DNA of 63,528 bases, the filler included, from Choristocarpus tenellus KU-1152 (Eukaryota > Protista > Phaeophyceae): the NCBI GenBank assembly GCA_964200185.2. It is 9 parts of 9 records of this genome, joined end to end, with 100 filler letters (N's around TTAATTAATTAA, not from the genome) between each part and the next. Parts side by side here need not be neighbours in the genome. Positions count along the whole stretch, not along the records: positions 22,617 to 29,977 come from CAXNAD020006269.1; positions 30,078 to 32,964 come from CAXNAD020023918.1; positions 33,065 to 41,896 come from CAXNAD020004282.1; 6 more parts are not named here. One strand, 5' to 3'. Below are positions 26,073-38,594 of this stretch, one piece after another; positions within the stretch are counted from its first letter, which is position 1; every line of letters starts with the position of its first letter. Under the pieces are notes generated by a model, which was given only the letters and a program-made list of their open reading frames with translations, made no database searches and was not told the origin of the DNA. The position numbers and the translations under genes were made by a program.

Positions 26073-28220
26073 CTGGATCGACTTTTTTGAGCAAATGTAG
26101 GTGAGCACTCTGGTCTCTTAGCTAGAAGCTCATCTCCTGCTCTGAACATTTTTCTCGACATCTTGTATTGAACACGGTTGGCCAAAGAGATGGGTTTTAG
26201 TACCCTACTTTTTTCGCAATTGGAAGTTTAATCCTTCCAAGTACTCCAGAGCAAGTCTTTGGATAGGCAAATCATTTCCCTGACAAGAACTGAACAAGAA
26301 GCAAAGTAGCCCAACGAATTTCATCACCCAGACTAAAGGAAATATTTACCTGACAGGACTACTATAGTAGCTACGAGCCACCCCCGCCATCAATCAATCT
26401 TCCTGGTACCTCTCGACGAGTATTATTCTAGAAATGCCTATAACAACAGTACAGGCCATCAATAAATATTCTACAGGGATAGAATCTACTATCCTGACTA
26501 TCAAGTTGTCTGAACAAGACAAGAATACATTGAACTAGAAGCGATTGTACGCCGCATGTCGCGTTGCTACGTTCTTCATTTTGTGTTAGGTTGGGTGGTG
26601 GCTGTGATGTCTGGGTGCTTGAGTAGGTTTCTGTCCAGAGAAGAGGACGCCCCAGTCGTTGTGGGGCAGGAGTTCAATACTCCATCGGGAGAGGAAAGTT
26701 GTGACTGTGATCCCTTCTTCGGTGATGTTTTGGTCACATGGCCCACCTAGGGAGATCGTCAGTGCAAAACTAGCTTGTTTTGCATAGCAAGTATGACAAG
26801 TAGTTTCTGGGAAGTAGATCAGTTTATTGAGAGTACAAGAGGTTTCTGCCTGTGTTTCTCTCCCCAACACCCTCTGTAGCTGACATAATCCAAATATAAC
26901 TTCCAGTTGACCGCCTTCGGTATAGAGTCCCAACACTTGCACTCCGACTAGCTGACTGCGACTGGCCGCATTGTCGTATCTCATTTCTAGAATACTTCTG
27001 GGATGCGGGAATTGCGAAAGAAAGCCTTCTGATGTATGGTAACCGTCATCACATCTGTTGATGGTTTCATTTCAAACAGTCCGAACACTAGATACCTTTC
27101 AGTAATGGATGGTAGGAAGGTAAATAGCCCTGTGAGATTCGCTGAAATCTCGTCACCATGTGCCCTCCACCTTGTTTTGGCATGATGCCCCCTCTTTTCT
27201 CGTGATCGAAAGAACTCTCGTAAGATTGTTTTACGTGTCTTTTCATAGGTTACTATTCAGCTTCCGTCTAGAATCCCACGACTCCATGTCCCCATGATAT
27301 GGGATTGTCAATGGTCCAAGAGACCTCGACCCTGGGGACTTATGTGCAGAGTCGATGAGCCCAAATTATTGGCTAAAACGCCAGACAAATAATAGTCGCG
27401 AGTTGAAAGTTCAATCAAAGTCAGGTTAAATCTCCTGTTCATGGTCTGGGTAGATTGGGATGTCTTAAATTTGAGGGCACTAACTTACCTACAACAAGTC
27501 CCGACGCTTGAGCAGGCGTTCAAGATATATGGTTCCGTGGATTAATTGTTGTCATTAAGATCTTTACACACTCTGTCAGCTTTTGGGTTCCGCATCTGGA
27601 GCTTTTGTGTATTGGGATGACCCGTGGCAACGACTTGGCTGAAATCCCTTAACCTCTAAGTCTATGCGTGTTGATATATTATTAGCAGTGGCTCGGCCTA
27701 CTTTATTTTTTCTGGCTTTTTTTTTCGTGTGTGTCGGGACTTGAGCTCTTAAAAATGGCCTTTTGGATGTACTGGATCTGCTATACAAACCTGTTGCAAT
27801 TCTCGCTTATTAGGGATGATTGTTAGGAATAGTTTCGTTGACGAGATCGGCGTAGTCACATCACATCAATACTGCCCCGAGTCGTGTCAAACGTAAGGCC
27901 CAAACCTACGTTGTTGAGGAGAATAGATCCATCTCTGTTGTCCCAACACCAAATCATGTCCGCAAGTTAGGTCCTTCCACTCCACGTGTCTTGTTGTGTT
28001 ACTACAAGAAATCCGACTACTGTACTGTGCATAGAACTGTCTCTCGATACCTCATCACTAGAACTAAATTTGATGGAGCATACGAGAACACTTCATCTAG
28101 TCTCAGGCTTTAACTAATTGATGCTCAACAATCTTTCTGTCTGCTTGTGTCCCCCTATGACTTGCTTCTCTGCATCCATTCCATTCCTACCTCGGACTTC
28201 AAAAATATATCATGAAATAG

Positions 28221-29741
28221 GTGTGGAACGACCAGATAATACGCAACAGCCTCTGAGCACGGACAGAGACATGGTGTGGGGAGGTGGTTCTCGATCGCTC
28301 GTCCAGCACTTGAGGTGAAAAGTGCTTTCTTGTGGATCCAATTTTATCTCACCGAACATTTTTTGTTCTCCATCAGGAAATTCATAATTCCATGTTCTGC
28401 ACAGTTGGCAACTTACACTTGGGGGCCAAATAAATGTCACCCATAAATTGGGTGGAAGTGGGAGGATCGCCCCTTAGGAGTGTGCTTCAACGTTATATAC
28501 ATGCCCCACCAATCTTCCCCTTCCATACCACATTAATTCCTGCAATGCAATCGAAGCTCATCATTCATGCGGTGTCTTTCTTTGCAGCCTGAGGAGAAAC
28601 TTGGTTGAAGTGTATGTGAAGAAGTCCCTTGAGGAGGCTGCTACACAGCCACAAGAATATCAGGAAGGGGAACCTGTGGTAAGAAGTTCTCCTGGTGCAT
28701 TACAAAGAGCGCCCCCCCCCCTATACATCACGAGCCCCCCTCTGTCTGCTTGATGTGAACAATAGTATGTTTCACATGCTGTAACATTTGCTACTAAGTA
28801 GGTACTATTGGTGCTTTGCCTTCCATTTCTTTCTTGTGACATTTTCAAACTTCTGCTGTGAAGCACACTATGCCTTCCATGCTATACTCGCCACTATCAA
28901 ACTCTGCCCAAGTCATCAAGTCTGACCACCACAATATGTTATACAACATAACGTTTACACTCTTCGCCCCTCCTTCGCCTACCCCATGAATCACAGTCAC
29001 CTCAGATGAACTTGCAGGTTCTGAATATTATAGATTCTCAATGTCATACTGACCCTCATGATATTGAACCAGAAAAGGACAAGAAGAGCCTGGAGGACAG
29101 GGTGTCAGCTCTAGAGTTCGAAAAGGCAAGGGGGAGGAATAGAAGGGACACATCAAGCGTATTGATATATGACATTACATAATATGAACTTGTGTATGTG
29201 CACTATGATATGCTCATTCATTTGGACATGCAATGAAATCCACGTAATATGGGGGTGATGCCGAATTGAGTTATCCATAATTTATTCACGGCTTTGTTGT
29301 TCAAACTGCCAGGGTCATATGAGGTCTGAAAGTCGAGGAGTGTATGATAAGGAATATATGTGCCCTTGGTGGTTTGTCAGTGCTAGCCCTTTTGGGTGAA
29401 ATAGTCGTATATATATTTTGGTTAAAAAGCATGGGCAACATCTTATATCGTGCATAAAACGTGGGTGATGCAAACTTTTGACTGCACTTGGATTTCCTAG
29501 CCCCTAGTATGAAAACTATTTTTTCCTGTCACTTCAAACCACATATTATGCAGCTTTCTTTTTTCTGACCTCTTCCCTTACCATGCTCCGATTTGAACTG
29601 CTTGACCAGGCTGGCCTACAGAAAGAAACTAAGGCCTTAAATGACCAACTGGAATTACTGACTGCAGATATGACTGTACTGAAGAAGCGGTTGTCTTCTG
29701 TAATGGAGGAAACCTCTTCTGGGAGGGGAGACCTGGTGAAG
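28221..29741 (+). CDS. Internal exons of an uncharacterised coiled-coil protein; 28221-28314, 28588-28678, 29018-29125, 29610-29741
   Basis: Phase-consistent open exons: ...LVQHLS-LRRNLVEVYVKKSLEE...-VLNIID...KSLEDRVSALEFEK-AGLQKETKALNDQLELLTADMTVLKKRLSSVMEE... with heptad character. The gene runs off the contig. Confidence 0.65.
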
Positions 29742-29804
29742 GTGAGGGGGGAAAATGTGTTGTGTAGAATAATTCACCCTCCAACTGGAAAGGCTCAAAG
29801 TACT

Positions 29805-29960
29805 AGGCAGGGGTGGCATCTGTCCATCTGGGGCCCATTTTTCCATGTCGTGATTTTTGGGTGATTTGGTTGCATGCATTGGATGGATAATGTAAGTGCA
29901 CTTTTCCTGGTCAGGGCCCGAATGGACACCCTGGTGTAGACCCCCCCCCCCCCCCCCCCC
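29805..29960 (-). mobile_element. MITE family A near a contig end
   Basis: Internal sequence matches 43996-44175 and 15043-15221. Confidence 0.8.
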
Positions 29961-31399
29961 CTCCCTCTCGTTTTCTCNNNNNNNNNNNNNNNNNNNNNNN
30001 NNNNNNNNNNNNNNNNNNNNNTTAATTAATTAANNNNNNNNNNNNNNNNNNNNNNNNNNNNNNNNNNNNNNNNNNNNCCTATTTTTTTAGCATGTCGAAA
30101 AAGCGGTACAAAATTGCATATTTTTCGATTTGGTTCATAATAGTTTGGCACAAAATAGGGGTACCTACTGTATTAAAACACTATAATTTTATTGACTGCA
30201 ACAGACTATCATATTGACTGAAAATGTCAGAATGCGTTATTTTGGAACAACTGTAACGATGTGCACACTCGATAAAAAATAGTTTGTTAGAACAACAAAA
30301 AGGATGAAGTGGTACTGGAGACAAAGTAGGTGTTAACCTTTTGTAACTCGTCGTATTTGCCGATCAAATTGTATTAACTACCGCGGATGGAAGTGCTCTT
30401 CGTTTTGACTCACACTAGGGTTGTACTTGACGGATTGGTGGGCATTGACATTAACAACAGCGCCTACATTTCACCAGGAACCCGTTTGTGATTGACCACC
30501 ACTTGGATCCGTCTTGTGGGAGGATATCACTTTATGGTTAGTGTACAAACTGCCACTATTGCAATGAATGGTGTTAATATTTTCCGGATACTACAAAACG
30601 CTAAACGAAGAAGGATGTTGCAAGGCTTCACTGCAGAGCGACATTGAGGTTGATCCAGCATAAGATTCGGGGGAGGATGTAGTATGACGAGCAGTGATAT
30701 GGCTTGAATCCAACGTGATATTAACAAGATACAAACAGAGGCAGTACCACTACTTGCAGTGCAACAGTTGGTTACTGTAGTTGGTACATAGTGCTTTGAA
30801 GTAGTCTTTTTATGCGGCGGGTACCCACACAAATTTTGCAGGTTTGAAACTCTTTTGGCACCAGCTTTCTTTAACAGAAATCTGATTTTGATTATCCCAA
30901 TTCCATGTGGCAATCACAACGGCTAATACACTTACTTCTACTATCTTGACTATTGCTAGACCACAACTACGCCAGACAAAGATTGAGGTGGAAACTTCGA
31001 GGCTGGTCCAACAGAAGATTTGAAGAAGGTGGAGACAAAGTGATGAGCGTTGGGTTTGCCGAACCCATTACGCGAGATGCAAGGGAGGACTGGAGGCAGT
31101 GCAGTAGGTGTAGTGGAACAATTAGTCAGTAATTCGAACGAAGAAGCAATGCTGTGTGTAGTGACTCTCTCAGAAGATTGCCCAGACTTTTGTGAATTAA
31201 AAAAAAGTAGCAGTAAGTCTACTTCGTACAATAGTGTGAACTGTGCTTCCCAAGTCTGGAATGCCTGACAAAGTGATATCATTCATTTGCCAATTCCAAG
31301 TGGAACGCGGGCATGTGTTGGCATGGGTGATTGAGAATATATGAATTGGTTTCGAGTTCAGGCAAGATTGCCGTTGATGTTTTGTTCATGTCCACACCT

Positions 31400-32520
31400 T
31401 GTTCAAAATCTTCTACACTACAGTGCTGAACCTAGTGGATAAAAGGTTCAACACTGACCTCTGGTCATCTCCAGAGAGTATCTTTTTGTCACCAAGGGAG
31501 CTGAACTACCATAAGGTAAATGGGAACAACAGCAACAAGGACTAGGGTAACAATTAAGCAGCCGATATGGGGTATGTGCTATGCTGACAATGCAGACATT
31601 GTGTGTAAGACCCAAGGAGGTTTGGCCAGGATGATGGCAGTGCCTTTGAATGCGCCTAGGTTCTTCAAGGTGTTGGAGCGAGTCAAAGTAAACGAGAGGT
31701 ACCCAGAGTTGAATTTTAAGGATGCCAGTAAATATGTGCAAAGTTTAGCATTTTTATAGATGTGTTTAGGATATTTTCTTAATTGTGTCGGAAAATTTTC
31801 AAACATCAGAGAAATAATCACTCTTTCAGGACAAACATAGAACTTCATACATAGATATATGAGTGGATTGCAAGAGGTTGGAAAACAGACGTAAAATGAA
31901 AAACGGTCAAAACCTGGGTACCTCTCGTTACCTTTGACTCAGTCGAAGACAAAGACCATGCGCCTTCAACCTCTCAACAACAGGACCACAGAAATGATGC
32001 AGATCCGGGTTTTGGACCAGGGACCAGACCTACAAGCACAATAACAAGTTTATTTACCTTGAAAGAAAGCACTATCAGTGATAAAGCTAATACCACACCA
32101 ATATTAGTCAAAGGGTTAAAAAAAGCTATGGGTTTGGAATCCAAAAAAATAAACTACAGATGGTGGGGCCTCATAGAAGCGAGGACATCATCCCTTAAAG
32201 GGTTGTAAAATCCTACACCACACCAACACAAAACCAATCAATGAAATAGGTGGAGAGGTTGATGGTGGAAGCTGAAGGATCAGTGTTGTAGTTTTGTATC
32301 AGATAATGGTGTTGAGTTCTACACAGGCCAATGAACGTACCTTCATGTAGTACGTGCAATGTACAACGGCGATAAGACATATTGCACTACGAAAATCAGT
32401 ACAGTATATGGGAGAGGGTAGGGGCAACCAATTTTTTTTAAATCTTATATCTCGATCTTCTCTTATTACATGTGAGAGCACTTTTCTCTAAAATGGAGGA
32501 TCGTGATAAGAGAAACTTAT
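31400..32520 (+). mobile_element. RTE-like LINE RT remnant carrying a nested family C MITE
   Basis: IWGMCYADNADIVCKTQGGLARMMAV (YADD motif) precedes the MITE and SKTKTMRL follows it. The 3' region 32400-32520 resembles 7070-7205. Confidence 0.7.
31680..31940 (+). mobile_element. MITE family C, full copy
   Basis: agc|GAGTCAAAGTAAACGAGAGGTACCCAG...CTGGGTACCTCTCGTTACCTTTGACTC|agt. Confidence 0.9.
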
Positions 32521-32553
32521 GTTGTATCGAGCAGCAGTGCACGTAGGCACTTT

Positions 32554-32964
32554 TGTTACAGGCGATATGTCTTGATGGCGGTTTCATAAACACCAATTAT
32601 GACCTTGAAGTCCTAGATTAGACATATTTGTACTTCTTGATCATTTATTTATCATTTGGTCATTATGGTCCCCGATTGTGATAAGACATCGTTGACCAAT
32701 TCTTTTATATGATGATATTGATGACAATCTAAAAGTGAGAGATCCGGCATACTTGACGACTTGTGCATCAGGAGTCCTATACGTGCATCAGTATCATCTA
32801 TCGACCTGTAGATTGGAGCTATACATACTGTGGAGGTAAGCTTCTGGAGCGTGCTGTAACATGGAGGTCCTACAGAGACAGTTCCTTTTTATACGATGAT
32901 ATTGATGATAATCCAAGTGAGAGATCCAGCATACTTGACTTGTGTATCAGGAGTCCTATACGTG
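32554..32964 (+). mobile_element. LTR (32554-32861) plus a tRNA-Gln-like PBS (32862-32878) fused to part of a second LTR
   Basis: TGTTACA...TGTAACA is followed directly by TGGAGGTCCTACAGAGA and then by LTR-internal sequence again up to the contig end. Confidence 0.8.
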
Positions 32965-33064
32965 NNNNNNNNNNNNNNNNNNNNNNNNNNNNNNNNNNNN
33001 NNNNNNNNTTAATTAATTAANNNNNNNNNNNNNNNNNNNNNNNNNNNNNNNNNNNNNNNNNNNN

Positions 33065-33224
33065 TGTCGGCGTCCGTTTTTCACCCTTTTTCGATTTTCA
33101 CTTTTTTGGTGTGATTTGGTCGCACGTGTCGAATTTGAAATGTCAACAAAAAAAATAATTGTTTGACTGAAACGGGCGCCCCCTCACAAACCACCCCCCC
33201 CTCCCCTCCCAGATACTTTGACCC
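33065..33224. mobile_element. MITE family A-like variant at a contig start
   Basis: Ends in CCCCTCCCAGATACTTTGACCC; the internal sequence is only loosely similar to family A. Confidence 0.65.
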
Positions 33225-34444
33225 ATTGGTATTGGAAATTATCCCAGTAGCACAAAAGAACGATATGATATTGGTCCTCGGCATTGGACACATCCCCACG
33301 ATTATTGCCCTGGACAAAATATTTGGGCAATCACATCCACTAGTTTGATCGGACTCAGTCCCTCAATGCTACGCCCACCATGCCACCTGTCCCTCTCCCT
33401 TGATAGGTGCGAAACATCAAGCATGCCTTCGTCGTCCACAAGCCCTATCATCAGATGCTGAAGGAAACCGATGGAAAACAGTCATAGAGAAGTAGTTCTG
33501 AATCAGCGGGTGATGATTGTACAACCTTGTGACTATGATTTTGTGATAATAGGTAGGTGCTTACAGATAGTCACAACAATTTGACAAAAGAGATGTAAAC
33601 ACTCCGTCTTTTAAGAATGCCTCGTCCACTCAATACTGATTGTTGTGCCCATTGTCTGTGTGAAACACAACACGCACAAGGCGAGGCCCATGCATGTTAT
33701 TAGCCACATATATACATAAGCACGAAATGCAGTTAACCCTAAAGCAATTAAAGAAGTACTCACAACTTCCTGGGACAAGTTTGCTCAAAATCGTGTATAG
33801 TATGTTCTGAGAAAGGTCAACAATGAAGAGATATTATGCCCAACTGACCTTTACACTGCAACCATCAATTGAGCATCTAACGAGGATTGTCAACCGATAT
33901 AACTCTCTCAATCGTAGCATCATCACTCCCATGTTACGTATGATATTTCATCTTTGATAAAATCCGAAATATGCCTTAATTATGTTGACTACCGTATTGA
34001 GTGGCAGTGGATACAGTCTTTTCTCGCAGTGTCAATTCCCCACCCACCATAACACATCCACAACAAAAATTCAGATCAAGGTCTCCTTCTCAGTACAAAT
34101 AATACATCCTATCTCACACGGTGCTATTGTGAGCTAAATTGAGGCCCCTGTAACTGCCTCTCCCACTGCATGTGCTTATTGCGCTCCGAAAAAGGGGTGT
34201 CAGGCAGGAGATCGAATAGTCGAACGAAAATTACTCAAGGATCTGAATAAACCACCATCTAAGATCAGATGATGAAATATGTAAAACAAGTACGGAAAAA
34301 CAATAGTGGTGTTTGCTCAAAGAACAATTCGTTCAAGAGAAAGGGTCAGTTAGGCTCTCCCCCCTTTCCCACTTCCTATTTCCCGCTCCCTTCTTCCTCC
34401 CTCCTCCTCACCACAAGTTTCATGGGCATAATAGAAGCAACAAT

Positions 34445-34702
34445 GAGCCAAATCAATTGAGAGGTAGGCAGGTTTGGACCCTTTTGCATTCTAAGCCACA
34501 TTTCTTACCTTGTGCAATATGCTCTGTTTCATTCCTTTATGTGCATAATAGTGCACGCAAAATTGACATTCCCCTTTCCACACACGACGTGACACCACAA
34601 TTCAGCAAAGGCCCCATTTGTAATTATAAAAAATGACGTCTTTTTACACTATCTCTGAATCCTCAAAATACAACCCTGCCTACTTCTCAATTGATTTGCC
34701 TC
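34445..34702 (+). mobile_element. MITE family D, full copy
   Basis: GAGCCAAATCAATTGAGAGGTAGGCAGG...CCTGCCTACTTCTCAATTGATTTGCCTC; flanks aat/gat. Confidence 0.85.
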
Positions 34703-35199
34703 GATAGCAGTAAAATTGGTCGTAGCAACAGATGTTTCCTTTTTATAAGTCGTACAGAAATTTTGTTGAATGATGGATATTCAAACAACGAGAAATTAAC
34801 GAAGAATAAGGAGGTTGTGCCCCTAACCCCCCTACCCCCTTTTTCGGTTTCATGTTGCATTCCTTTTAGCTATAGGGTCTGTTCTGTATACTCGTTAGAG
34901 CTCAGACTAGGCAATTGAGACTTCATGTATGCTTTGAAGTTCTACGTGTAATTTCTAGGCATCTAATATATATGTGAGTACCTTGTAATTACAAAGCTAC
35001 AGACGGGTGAAGTTGGTCACAGCTGGTACATGTAAGGCTTCCTATAAACCTGATACTATATTTACACAGAATGACAAAATAAATCAAAGGGAGAAATAGA
35101 AACATTCACTACATTGATCGATGTTTGGTATGTTCAAGGCAGAAGGAGTGAACGACGACTATTTTAGTGGTACTTCGAAGTATTGCAGTAACACTTCAA

Positions 35200-35885
35200 A
35201 CGAATACTCATTTCAAACACTGGACTTTGTGCTAAGAATTATACTTACCACGGAAAAGGTTCGTTGTCTATTACGCATTTTGAATCAACAAAATTGATAT
35301 TTCCCCTTTCCACATACAAAATGACACCACAATCAAGCAACGCCTCTTTCTACAATTGTACAAAATAGCGTCTTAATGTCCTTTCTCGGGATCCTTAAGA
35401 TGCAATCCTGCCTACCTCTCAATTAACTTGGCTCTCTATACATCCATTATGTCGCACATACCCCTTTTATTGCCATCGACCAATTTTATGTGGCTTGTGA
35501 ACCTTGCGCTTGAATACCCCACCTGCAATTATGAAATCAGACGCTAGCTACACAGTCAACACACACACAAACATAATTGAAACCATCAACAAATTCTTCA
35601 AAGAGTGTACTTTTGTCAATACCTTCTTGAAACATAGTCGATTGAGAGGTGGGCAAAGGTTGCATTTTAAGGATCCCCATTATGGGCAAAAGAGGTGATT
35701 TTGCACAATTGCAGAAAAGAGTCGTTGCCAAATTGTGATGTCACTTTGCGTGTAGAAAGCGGGATTATTTACTTTACGCATAATTTTTTTTACGTAAGCA
35801 ATGATAAAACGTGTATGGCGCAGGTAAGAAATATGACTTAGAATACAAAGGGGTTCAATCCTACTTACCTATGAATTGGCTTGGT
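35200..35885. mobile_element. Two decayed family D MITEs in opposite orientations (about 35200-35434 on +, about 35630-35885 on -)
   Basis: They share TTCCCCTTTCCACA...GACACCACAAT and CCTGCCTACCTCTCAATT segments with 34445-34702. Confidence 0.7.
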
Positions 35886-36522
35886 TTATTTATTTCAAAT
35901 ACGTTCAACAGATATTTTCTTCTTTTAATGCATCATAATGACTTGATGATTGAAAACAATTAAATGAAAAAAACACAGCGATTCTCACAGTCTAAAATCT
36001 ACTCAACAACAACGACAACACCATCTCTTCGAACAAATCGTAAGAAGAGGATACGGGAGGTATGTGCGATCGCCTAGAAATGTTAACACTATCCTTTACA
36101 GATCAAATATATGTTCAAAATGGTGATATAGTATGCAGTGCGACAGAATAAAATAGACAATTTCTTTGTAGACCTGCGGTATGATCAGTAGGTAGTCTTG
36201 TACTCCACTAGTCAGTACACCTTCATTCCCTCCTTCATCGTTCCTCCTCCCCCCTCTAATATTGCAAGAAATACTACATCTCTTACCCTCGCTCTTCCCT
36301 CCCCCCACCCCCTGAAGAAACAAGCACCTGTTTTGTTGCCTGCTCCCTTTTCATCTCACGCACCCTCTACCGCTCCGACAGAAGGCACACAGTAGATACT
36401 TGTATGACCCTGGGTATGTTCAAGTAGTACTGATAATATTGTCTAGAGAGGAACTTTTGAAAACAGTTCCTTTCACTGCTACCTTTTCCCCTTGCTTCCT
36501 TATCCATCATACTCGTATTAAA

Positions 36523-36764
36523 GAGTCAAATCAACTGAGAAGTAGGTAGGATTGCCGTCTAAGGATCCTGAGAAAGGACAAGAAGATGCCTTATTGTGCT
36601 GTCGCAGGAAGAGACTTTGCTGAATTGTGGTGTCACTCTGTGCGTGGAAAGGGGGAATGTCAATTTGCGTACACTCTTGCAATGAAATAGAGGGTAGTGC
36701 ACAGGGTAAGAAGGCTTAGGATCAAAAGGGTTCAAACCTGCCTACCTCTCAATTGATTTGACTC
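36523..36764 (-). mobile_element. MITE family D, full copy, TSD AAA
   Basis: aaa|GAGTCAAATCAACTGAGAAGTAGGTAGG...CCTGCCTACCTCTCAATTGATTTGACTC|aaa. Confidence 0.9.
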
Positions 36765-37535
36765 AAAGACGACAGAAAAATAACAATCAATAATGCTAAG
36801 GTAACCTACAAATTGTTCTCCCAAAGTATTGAGAGGGTCAGATATTCTCTTCAGGCAAATTTCGTTGGGATGAACCACATGGCAAACACAATGGAATGGT
36901 GTACCTGTACCCTCCTGTCCATCATTTAACCACAAAAAAAGACGGATATCTTGAAATTGTAAAACTGTGGTGGAAACTCTTCGTAATTGCGGCCAGGTGA
37001 ATGCGGCAACAAAAATTTCTATTGAGAGAGAAGGTAGAGTGATGAGCCATATGATGGCTGAAGCTATCGCAAAAGAAAAATGGTAGAGCATGCACTGGGA
37101 AGTGCATTTAGTTGTAGCGTAACAGTTTGTAGTTGGAGAAGTAGAGCCGTGTGGAGTACTCCAGACCATCACGGCTCGAGGCTAGGTCGGGTCAAACCAA
37201 CAAGGTTCCTCGTGCCAGACCAAGGTACTCATACTAACATAATACTCCGTATTATACAATACGATACATGTACCAATGATCAAAGTTTATGAACGAAGAT
37301 GGTTATGGACACCGCTAAAAGATTCTACTTTTTTGTGCGGGATGTCCAAGAATCTGGCTTTGGCTTGATGGACCCTCAGACGATGATATGTACTGCTGAG
37401 TTATGCATTGCCGCCTCATCGCCTTGAGGCTTGCAGGTGTAAAGTTGGGGAGTGTTCGCTTTGATGACCTGCGGATTATTCGCCATGATGATGTTTTATA
37501 TTTGGATTCTAGAGAAGAAGGAACACCAAGGTAGT

Positions 37536-37609
37536 GCTTCGGTAGCTCAGTTGGTTAGAGCGTACGACTGAAGCTCGTAAGGCCATGTGTTCGACTCACA
37601 TTCGAAGCA
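37536..37609 (+). tRNA. tRNA-Phe (GAA), intronless
   Basis: Cloverleaf: acceptor GCTTCGG/TCGAAGC, D-arm GCTC/GAGC, anticodon stem TACGA/TCGTA with loop CT-GAA-GC, T-arm ATGTG-TTCGACT-CACAT, discriminator A. A T6 Pol III terminator follows 3 nt downstream. Confidence 0.95.
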
Positions 37610-37916
37610 TCCTTTTTTAGCGTTCATAGCATCGACACATATCTTCCTTGTATTTCATTGGTTCGAACCTGGTCGAAGTCAGATTGTTTTTTGGAAATCG
37701 ACCTTTTTGTTATACTGGAAGAATTGGACAGAATTAATACTATTACTAAGATGTACTACTCAATACTTACGACAACCATCACTTTCCCAGAACTTGTAGC
37801 TAGGTACCCCACCAAATGGGAATAGAGAGGATGAAACGACCAATCTTCAGGTACGGTTCTTGCTGAGTGGGTTTGCCAGCCTTCTCCCCCCCTGCAAGAA
37901 GAAGGAAAACACATGT

Positions 37917-38175
37917 GAGTGAAAGTATCTTAGAGGGTACGAGTTTTGCCTTGTTTGTCCGTTTGGGGCTTGACTTCCCACGGGTTTCTTAATTACATTT
38001 TCCTACTCCGAAATGTTTCGGAATAGGTAAAGTGTATACGTTATGAAAAGGTGTATCCGGAGCAAGGATATTGACACTTCCTAACAAACACAATAGCCAG
38101 AACTACATCAAAATCGCAACATTGGATTTCGACCCCCATTTGGACGCGGTCGTACCCTCTAAGATACTTTGACTC
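37917..38175 (-). mobile_element. MITE family B, full copy, TSD TGT
   Basis: tgt|GAGTGAAAGTATCTTAGAGGGTACG...CGTACCCTCTAAGATACTTTGACTC|tgt. Confidence 0.92.
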
Positions 38176-38415
38176 TGTGCTATACTTGCTTCTTATCACC
38201 CTAATTATACCTTGCACTATTTCTGAAACCCATACCCCACAGCTAGTGTCCACCACTTACTCCCCTTCCTCAATTTCCCGCTTTACATTCAATCCCCCAG
38301 TTCATATCGTTTGACTCTGAATTCCTGTATACTTCCTCAGAACACAGATTCCTCTAGTCTTCCTTCGGCAGTCCTCAGCTTTGTTACGCTACAGGAAGAA
38401 TCGGGCATTACTACT

Positions 38416-38594
38416 GGCTCAAAGTATCCGGGGGGGGTGGCGGCTATCCATTTGGGCCCATTTTTTTTGTTGTTGCGATTTTTATGTGATTTGGTTGCAT
38501 TCGTCCGATGGCTAGTGTAAGTGCACTTCTTCTGGTTATGACCCAAATGGACACGCTGGTGCGGACCCCCTCCCCCCCCAAGATACTTGGGGTT
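38416..38594 (-). mobile_element. MITE family A, full copy, TSD ACT
   Basis: act|GGCTCAAAGTATCCGGGGGG...CCCCCCAAGATACTTGGGGTT|act. Confidence 0.88.

Noticed and set aside
26400-27300. Coding-like stretch, possibly a retroelement
   Set aside because: No recognisable motif in any frame; it would need a translated search.
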